From Candidatus Aminicenantes bacterium (GTDB taxonomy: Bacteria; Acidobacteriota; Aminicenantia; UBA2199): 42,259 bases of DNA. A model generated the notes under the pieces. It was not told the DNA's origin, did no database searches, and worked only from the letters and a program-made list of their open reading frames with translations. The DNA lies in assembly GCA_016926835.1 (NCBI GenBank), contig JAFGNX010000038.1, positions 1 through 42,259 of the forward strand. The letters are read 5' to 3'. A program made the translations under genes and the position numbers. This document shows, in pieces, positions 37,195 to 42,259 of the stretch (position 1 is its first letter; each line of letters opens with the position of its first letter).

Positions 37195-37203
37195 ATTCTA
37201 GCA
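37195..37203 (-). promoter_or_regulatory. Extended -10 of the radical SAM / mglA-like unit, apparently leaderless
   Basis: The minus strand reads TGcTAGAAT, followed by 7 nt and then ATG 37187. Confidence 0.4.
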
Positions 37204-37264
37204 CATGCCGGGTCCCGCACGGTCTGGACATGGCCTCGGCAATATCCCGGGAAGCGATGCCGCA

Positions 37265-37294
37265 TTGACAGGCGGCTGCAGGGTGGAGTAGGAT
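37265..37294 (+). promoter_or_regulatory. Candidate promoter of GT2 / yciB-nudix
   Basis: TTGACA (37265-37270), an 18-nt spacer, TAGGAT (37289-37294). GAGGAAA Shine-Dalgarno precedes ATG 37351. Confidence 0.35.
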
Positions 37295-37350
37295 TAGACA
37301 CCGGAAGATTTGTGTTCCCGGTATTCCATTACCGATTTGAGGAAACGCCA

Positions 37351-38253
37351 ATGGATGTATCCATCGTGATTCCTGTTCGCAACGAGGCTGAGTTTATTGA
37401 GTCTTGCCTGCAGGGCGTTCGTTCGCAGCATACATCCATGAACATGGAAATCATTGTGATTGACTCCGGGTCTACGGATGGGACCCGGGAACTGGTCTCG
37501 CGATTCCCGGGGGTACGCCTGATCCGTCAAACCGAAGCGGATTTCGGTCATGGCCGTACCCGTAACCTGGGAGCCCGATTGGCCCGGGGAAAATGGGTGA
37601 CGTTTCTAAATGGAGATGCCGAACCGGACGGCCCATACTGGCTGGAAACCCTGGTACGTCCATTGAGGCGAGATCACGGTCTGGCCGGAGTGTTCAGTCG
37701 CCACCTGCCGCGGCCGGATTGTCCCATCTACATGCAGCGGGACCTGCTGCGCGCGTTGCCCCCGGGCAATGGAATTGTGTTGAGGCAGTGGGATGACCGG
37801 CTGCCAATCCATTTTTCAACGGTGAGTGCGGCCATTCCGCGCTCTTTGTGGAAAGAACTGCCTTTCAGCGAAGCCGTTGATATCGCCGAAGATCAGGAAT
37901 GGGCGCGCCGGGTGCTGCAGGCGGGCTACCGGATACTGTACGAACCCCGCTCAAGGGTATTCCATTCGCACGATTATTCACCAATGGAGATGTTCCGGAT
38001 AAAACGGGCCATATCACACGCGACTCCCCGGTTCCCGAATCGGACATCGGCCTGGATATTCGGTTTGCCGCTTTGTTTGGGCGGGGCGCTGGTGCGGATC
38101 TTTGGAGATATGCGTTTTGTCATGAAGCGCCGCCCGGGGTTTCCTCTATTTTTGCATGAGATCGGCCGCGCTGTCTCAGCGCGGATATACGGTTTTTCGG
38201 GCCGGTTCACGGGCTGGTTGAAGGCTGCCGCCCGGAGCGGGGATAGAAGTTGA
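37351..38253 (+). CDS. GT2-family glycosyltransferase
   Basis: MDVSIVIPVRNEAEFIESCLQGVRSQ...EIIVIDSGSTDGT is the GT-A N-terminal signature, and a DAE motif is present. The ORF-track start at 37087 overlaps the divergent gene. Confidence 0.8.
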   Translation: MDVSIVIPVRNEAEFIESCLQGVRSQHTSMNMEIIVIDSGSTDGTRELVSRFPGVRLIRQTEADFGHGRTRNLGARLARGKWVTFLNGDAEPDGPYWLETLVRPLRRDHGLAGVFSRHLPRPDCPIYMQRDLLRALPPGNGIVLRQWDDRLPIHFSTVSAAIPRSLWKELPFSEAVDIAEDQEWARRVLQAGYRILYEPRSRVFHSHDYSPMEMFRIKRAISHATPRFPNRTSAWIFGLPLCLGGALVRIFGDMRFVMKRRPGFPLFLHEIGRAVSARIYGFSGRFTGWLKAAARSGDRS

Positions 38254-39338
38254 ACCGGGCCCAATTGCTGCGCAGCCTGGCCCCCGGTTTTCTGCCCCTT
38301 ATCGTGTTTATTCTGGCCGATTCCATATGGGGAACCCGGGTCGGACTCCTGGTGGCGGTGGTTTTCGGCATTTTTGAACTGGGTGTTTCGTGGATAAGGG
38401 AGCGTGTCCTCGATCGGTTCCTGCTGTTGGACATGGGGCTGATTGTATTGTTGGGATTGATCTCCCTGTGGCAAAGCAACGACCTTTTCTTTAAATTGAA
38501 GCCGGCCGTGATCGAAGTGTTTTTTGCTTTTCTGTTGGGAATATCCGCGTGGTCTTCGCGCAACATCGTGTGGATGATGTCGCGACGCTATTTGAAAAAC
38601 CTAAGCGTGGATGCAACAGCCATGCAAAGCATGCAACTGGCCATGCGGCCTTTGTTCTGGATTTTTCTGGTCCACGCGGGGCTAACGGTGTATGCGGCAC
38701 TGGCAATGAGCCGGCAGGCATGGGCCTTTATCAGCGGCGGGCTTTTTTACCTTGTGTTTGTTGGCTTTGCTCTGACGCGGATCCTGAAACAGAAATGGAA
38801 TAAATTGCGTTGGAAAAGAGATTACAAAGATGATGAGTGGTTTGACCTGGTGGATGAATCCGGGCGCGTGACCGGCCGGGCGCCTCGCACGGTTTGTCAC
38901 TCATCTCAGGGCTTGTTGCACCCTGTTGTACATCTGCATGTACTGGATGACCGGGACCGGATTTTTTTGCAGAAAAGGCCTGAATGCAAACAGATCCAAC
39001 CGGGGAAATGGGACACCGCGGTTGGCGGGCATATCCATTCCGGAGAAAAGGTTGAAGACGCATTGAAGCGGGAAGCTTTTGAAGAAATCGGCCTGAAAGA
39101 CTTCCGGGCAGTGTTACTGGGAGTGTACCGCTGGGACTCCGCCGTGGAATCGGAACTGGTCTATCTTTTTATTACCCGCCATTCCGGCCCTTTACGCTTA
39201 AACCCGCAGGAAGTGACTGAAGGCAGATTCTGGCGTATCCGCCAGATCCGGGATCAACTGGAGAGCGGTGTTTTTACGCCCAATTTTGAAAGCGAATTTC
39301 CCCTGGTGGTGGAAAACCACCAGAAACTTCTGGCATGA
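38250..39338 (+). CDS. Fusion of a YciB-like (intracellular septation protein A family) membrane domain and an IDI-like Nudix hydrolase domain
   Basis: The N-terminal ~190 aa have 5 TM segments and FFKLKPAVIEVFFAFLLG, resembling E. coli YciB FIKWKVTVIY. The C-terminal part has the Nudix box GGHIHSGEKVEDALKREAFEEIGL. The TTG start overlaps the GT2 stop. Confidence 0.65.
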   Translation: MNRAQLLRSLAPGFLPLIVFILADSIWGTRVGLLVAVVFGIFELGVSWIRERVLDRFLLLDMGLIVLLGLISLWQSNDLFFKLKPAVIEVFFAFLLGISAWSSRNIVWMMSRRYLKNLSVDATAMQSMQLAMRPLFWIFLVHAGLTVYAALAMSRQAWAFISGGLFYLVFVGFALTRILKQKWNKLRWKRDYKDDEWFDLVDESGRVTGRAPRTVCHSSQGLLHPVVHLHVLDDRDRIFLQKRPECKQIQPGKWDTAVGGHIHSGEKVEDALKREAFEEIGLKDFRAVLLGVYRWDSAVESELVYLFITRHSGPLRLNPQEVTEGRFWRIRQIRDQLESGVFTPNFESEFPLVVENHQKLLA

Positions 39339-39382
39339 ATCAGACAGCCTTGTCAGAGGCGGGAAAAATGTATCGGCGTTAT

Positions 39383-39904
39383 CTATTCCACGTCAATAAT
39401 GCATTCGTTGATAAATTCTTCGGATAGGTTGAGATTCAGGGCGGTGGCCACAATGCGGTTGACGTGCTTCTCTACATTGTCATCCTGAAGAATCACACTG
39501 AACAGCGCTCCCAGCAGGGTGTCCTTGCCACGATTGCTCACGACCGGGATATTGGATGAAGTCAACTTGTCAATGATGAATTTTACGTCTTTGGGTGTGA
39601 GGATAGATTCGTCCGTCATGACTACTGCCACGACATTTTTCATGCGACGGATGTTGAAAACCGCGTCAGAGATCTCACTCATGCGGTTGACGCCGTATAT
39701 GGTGACGTTTTTGCGTGTAACCAGTTGGGCGGTTCTGGCTTCGGAGATGAATTTGGATTTCATGTGATTGGGATAAAGCACTGCGATATTCTCTACGTCG
39801 GGAATGGCTTTTTTGATGATGAACCCGATCTGGGTAATGGTCTGGGGTTGGAGAACGCTTCCCAATAGTAACAACGCCATCAAGATGAATGTGGTTTTCT
39901 TCAT
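39383..39904 (-). CDS. Hypothetical secreted protein or lipoprotein (173 aa)
   Basis: Signal peptide MKKTTFILMALLLLGSVLQ. The alternating alpha/beta pattern resembles a periplasmic-binding-protein half domain. The gene is visibly more AT-rich than its neighbours. Confidence 0.5.
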   Translation of the reverse strand: MKKTTFILMALLLLGSVLQPQTITQIGFIIKKAIPDVENIAVLYPNHMKSKFISEARTAQLVTRKNVTIYGVNRMSEISDAVFNIRRMKNVVAVVMTDESILTPKDVKFIIDKLTSSNIPVVSNRGKDTLLGALFSVILQDDNVEKHVNRIVATALNLNLSEEFINECIIDVE

Positions 39905-39919
39905 TTTTCCCTCATATCC

Positions 39920-39964
39920 TCTGCATTCTATGCAGAATGTATAGTACTCCTGAAAAAAAGTCAA
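39920..39964 (-). promoter_or_regulatory. Promoter plus perfect palindrome upstream of the secreted-protein gene
   Basis: Minus strand: TTGACT (39964-39959), a 17-nt spacer, TACATT (39941-39936). The 7-3-7 palindrome TCTGCATtctATGCAGA (39920-39936) sits at the predicted transcription start. Confidence 0.4.
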
Positions 39965-40003
39965 CAATCACGGAAAATGATAATTTCATTTTTTGGGAAG
40001 GGT

Positions 40004-41071
40004 TTACTTGTTAAAACGAAAATGAACAATTTCACCATCTTTTACACGGTAGTCTTTGCCTTCCAGGCGAAGTATCCCCAGTTCTTTGGCCTGAGAAAAT
40101 CCCCCAGTGGAAAGAAAATCACTCCAGGAAATCACTTCGGCACGGATGAAACCCTGTTGAATGTCACTGTGAATCTTTCCGGCCGCGATCCAGGCGGAGT
40201 CACCGCGAGCGATCGTCCAGGCACGGGTTTCGTCAGGGCCTACCGTGAAAAAAGAGGCCAGGTTCATGAGCTCGTAACTGTTCTGGATAAATGAGTCGCG
40301 GATGTATTGATAAGCGTCAAGACCGTATTCAGCCTGAAAAACGGTGCGCTCGCTGGCATCCAATTCCAGCAGTTCGGTTTCCAGGCGGCCGCAGAAGACC
40401 TGGACTGCACATTGGTTCTGCGGGGGACGAATCAGATCAATGTATTGGTGATACGTGTTTTCGTCCGCATTGATCAGGTGAATCAAGGGCTTCTGGGAGA
40501 GAAAAGAAAAACCCTTTATCCGGGATGCCTCGATTTCGGTGAAAGGGTATTCACGCAGAGGGCGGTTGGCTTCAAGGTGCTCCTGGAGGCGGAGCATTAA
40601 TTCATGCTCTTCTTTTAAGTCACGTGACCCGCTGCGGCGTATATCCGTTTCCAGTTTTTCCCTGCGCTTGTCCATGGAGATGAAATCAACAGCGATGATT
40701 TCCGACTCCATATGATTGATGTCTCTTCGGGGGTTAACGGAACCAGCGGGGTGAGGGATTTCAGGGTCGGTGAATCCGCGCACAATGTGGACCAGCCCGT
40801 CTCCACGACGCAACAGGTCGACGAAAGTGCTGTTCTCGATTTCACCGTAGCCCATGGAGCCGGTGTCCAGGTATTCGATTTTGGCAAATACCGGAGGCGT
40901 ATCAAAATGGGCGGCCAGACGTGCAAGGCGCGAATCCGGGACTTCTACGACCGCCTGGTGCAATTCGTTGTGGGAAGAAGAAAATTTGGATACGGTTTCA
41001 CGTTGCCTGGTCAACAGATTGAACAACAGCGTTTTGCCGGTTTTTGGGTAACCGAAAATCGTCAGTATCAT
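40004..41071 (-). CDS. ychF: YchF-like ribosome-binding ATPase
   Basis: The P-loop is GYPKTGKT. The C-terminal TGS-like end GKDYRVKDGEIVHFRFNK is typical of YchF. Confidence 0.8.
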   Translation of the reverse strand: MILTIFGYPKTGKTLLFNLLTRQRETVSKFSSSHNELHQAVVEVPDSRLARLAAHFDTPPVFAKIEYLDTGSMGYGEIENSTFVDLLRRGDGLVHIVRGFTDPEIPHPAGSVNPRRDINHMESEIIAVDFISMDKRREKLETDIRRSGSRDLKEEHELMLRLQEHLEANRPLREYPFTEIEASRIKGFSFLSQKPLIHLINADENTYHQYIDLIRPPQNQCAVQVFCGRLETELLELDASERTVFQAEYGLDAYQYIRDSFIQNSYELMNLASFFTVGPDETRAWTIARGDSAWIAAGKIHSDIQQGFIRAEVISWSDFLSTGGFSQAKELGILRLEGKDYRVKDGEIVHFRFNK

Positions 41072-41076
41072 GATTC

Positions 41077-41105
41077 AGTATACCTGAAAGCCTGGAATAC
41101 CGCAA
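41077..41105 (-). promoter_or_regulatory. ychF promoter, apparently leaderless
   Basis: Minus strand: TTGCGG (41105-41100), a 17-nt spacer, TATACT (41082-41077), then 5 nt before ATG 41071. Confidence 0.4.
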
Positions 41106-41118
41106 GAGATGGGGATTA

Positions 41119-41802
41119 TTAAACCAGGGAGCTGAGCTGGAAACTGGTGCCGTTGAAAAAGAACAGTTCAATGGCATGATAGAAAAAGTAAAGGGAAAAC
41201 GCCAGCAGCAGAAAGCCCAGAAAACGGATGATTTTCCTGGTTCGGGTGGGAGAGAAAAGCGCTTTCATGCGACTGGCGATAAAGACAATCAAAGAGAAAT
41301 AGGTCATGGCACCGGCGGTGACGACCACAAAGAACAACACTTCATAGCGCAATTCCATGGGAATAAAGACTTTGACCCGGCGCAGAAATGAAAGGCTGAT
41401 CATCCAGGAAACAATTCCCAGTGGATTTACCAGGACCATTGTCAGGCCCTTGAGCACCGCCCAGCGTTTGCGGCGGATCTTGGTCATGAGCTCCTCTTCC
41501 TTTTTTTCGACGAAACGTGCGTCTTTGAGAGCGATCAGGCCCAGTACCGCGGTGATGATGGTGGTGAACAGGAAAAAGGATGCTTCCATGTAGCGGGAAG
41601 ACATGAAGGGAGAGATTCCGAAGAAGGCGCAAGTGGCCCATACTGCATCTCCGACGGCCGCGCCGGCAGAAATGCTCAGTGCCTGGATGTAGTGCTTTTT
41701 CAATGCCGTGTGCAGGATCTCCAGATTGACCGGACCGATGGGGATACATAGAAGGAAAGAGATAAAGAAACTGGCCACATAGAAAAGGAGGATGGAAATC
41801 AT
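41119..41802 (-). CDS. LysE/RhtB-family amino-acid exporter
   Basis: MISILLFYVASFFISFLLCIPIGPVNLEIL, with about 6 TM segments. The ORF-track start at 41916 lies inside tRNA-Leu, so ATG 41802 is preferred. Confidence 0.78.
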   Translation of the reverse strand: MISILLFYVASFFISFLLCIPIGPVNLEILHTALKKHYIQALSISAGAAVGDAVWATCAFFGISPFMSSRYMEASFFLFTTIITAVLGLIALKDARFVEKKEEELMTKIRRKRWAVLKGLTMVLVNPLGIVSWMISLSFLRRVKVFIPMELRYEVLFFVVVTAGAMTYFSLIVFIASRMKALFSPTRTRKIIRFLGFLLLAFSLYFFYHAIELFFFNGTSFQLSSLV

Positions 41803-41810
41803 GAAAGCTG

Positions 41811-41838
41811 ATTTTAGCAAAAGAAAACAAAAAGTCAA
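41811..41838 (-). promoter_or_regulatory. lysE-family gene promoter, apparently leaderless
   Basis: Minus strand: TTGACT (41838-41833), a 16-nt spacer ending in TGc, TAAAAT (41816-41811), then 8 nt before ATG 41802. Confidence 0.4.
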
Positions 41839-41889
41839 CTTGGCGCCAGTTGCCGGCCGCAAAAAGAGAAATCCGGAAACAGACGGGAT

Positions 41890-41975
41890 TGCCGGGAGCG
41901 GGAATCGAACCCGCACAGGGATTGCGCCCCGAGGGATTTTAAGTCCCTTGCGTCTGCCAGTTCCGCCATCCCGGC
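41890..41975 (-). tRNA. tRNA-Leu (anticodon TAA), class II with long variable arm
   Basis: The reverse complement is an 86-nt tRNA. It has acceptor GCCGGGA/TCCCGGC plus discriminator A, anticodon arm AGGGA-CTTAAAA-TCCCT, a long variable arm, and T arm GCGGG-TTCGATT-CCCGC. Confidence 0.92.
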
Positions 41976-41983
41976 ACAGAGGA

Positions 41984-42012
41984 AATCTAGCATATTAACG
42001 GCTGGGATTCAA
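41984..42012 (-). promoter_or_regulatory. tRNA-Leu promoter
   Basis: Minus strand: TTGAAT (42012-42007), a 17-nt spacer ending in TGc, TAGATT (41989-41984), then 8 nt to the tRNA 5' end. Confidence 0.45.
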
Positions 42013-42081
42013 GTATGGCGGGAGCCCGCAGCTGGTCTCGAAGGGCAATGGTACCGGGAATCCCACCGTTTCTAGATGCTC

Positions 42082-42110
42082 TTGATTTGCCTGCGTGAAT
42101 AGGCTACACT
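42082..42110 (+). promoter_or_regulatory. thiC promoter
   Basis: TTGATT (42082-42087), a 17-nt spacer, TACACT (42105-42110). AGGAAAGG Shine-Dalgarno lies upstream and the ATG is at 42128. Confidence 0.4.
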
Positions 42111-42127
42111 GCCAGGAAAGGATGATC

Positions 42128-42259
42128 ATGACGCAATTGGCAATGGCTCGGCAGCAAAAAATATCCACTCAAATGATACGCGTCGCAGAACGGGAAGGCA
42201 TGGAAGTTGAGACCATCCGGCGTGAAGTGGCGGCTGGACGAATCGTGATTCCTGCAAAC
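42128..42259 (+). CDS. thiC: Phosphomethylpyrimidine synthase, first 44 codons (runs off the right window edge)
   Basis: My translation is MTQLAMARQQKISTQMIRVAEREGMEVETIRREVAAGRIVIPAN, the typical short-form ThiC N-terminus. An alternative ATG lies at 42122. Confidence 0.8.
   Translation, partial: MTQLAMARQQKISTQMIRVAEREGMEVETIRREVAAGRIVIPAN

Noticed and set aside
41803-41916. N-terminal extension of the LysE-family ORF
   Set aside because: The extension overlaps tRNA-Leu and the intergenic promoter. The family's N-terminal TM helix and GPxN motif begin right after ATG 41802.
41976-42127. Possible TPP riboswitch upstream of thiC
   Set aside because: I could not find the THI-box core (CTGAGA ... 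ACCTGATCTGGATAATGCCAGCG). The region is instead fully accounted for by back-to-back promoters for tRNA-Leu and thiC. That leaves a thiC leader of only about 11-17 nt. A cmsearch with RF00059 would settle it.
1-42259. CRISPR arrays, transposases, integrases, toxin-antitoxin pairs or recognisable defence-system genes
   Set aside because: I found no direct-repeat/spacer periodicity and no ORF with recombinase, transposase or known defence motifs while reading both strands. The window looks like conserved core chromosome. Only visual inspection was possible, so short or degenerate repeats could have been missed.

Overview
This 42.3 kb window, roughly mid-50s % GC by eye, is densely coded core chromosome from a diderm bacterium. 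The diderm call rests on lptB, a heptose kinase, a GT9 heptosyltransferase and an O-antigen-ligase-like gene. A rubredoxin, ferritin and PDO-type disulfide oxidoreductase module suggests an anaerobe or microaerophile. I cannot assign a taxon from sequence alone. I found no CRISPR array, transposase, integrase or prophage signature.

Gene content, left to right:
- Minus strand: the lptB-rpoN-hpf-ptsN-hprK operon.
- Minus strand: an LPS-core cluster (trm112-like, GT9, O-antigen-ligase-like, hldA-like).
- dgt and coaX, divergently transcribed, then a hypothetical gene, tlyA and nadK.
- A large secreted TPR protein, followed by a DUF4416 gene.
- pyrR, pyrB and pyrC.
- Minus strand: tRNA(CAT)-tilS, then the PDO/rubredoxin/ferritin genes.
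- Two GT4 glycosyltransferases and typA.
- Thiamine pyrophosphokinase, a methyltransferase and an MTH1187-like thiamine-binding protein.
- A PlsB-like acyltransferase.
- A 1256-aa MurG/FHA-like/MurJ/HEAT fusion, followed directly by mraY.
- A membrane protein and comM.
- An MglA-like GTPase behind a B12-type radical SAM gene.
- GT2 and a YciB-Nudix fusion.
- A secreted protein, ychF, a lysE-family gene, tRNA-Leu(UAA) and the start of thiC.

Most notable observations:
1. The single-ORF MurG-FHA-MurJ-HEAT fusion next to mraY.
2. A recurrent promoter architecture (TTGAnn, 16-18 nt spacer, often TGn-extended TAnAnT) that sits 5-10 nt from the ATG of at least seven genes. This implies leaderless mRNAs.
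3. A tRNA(CAT) with its own promoter 15 nt upstream of tilS.
4. An MglA-like GTPase with a long C-terminal extension and no MglB partner.
5. A ~335 bp unexplained non-coding gap.

All functional calls come from motif recognition by eye. No database search was run.
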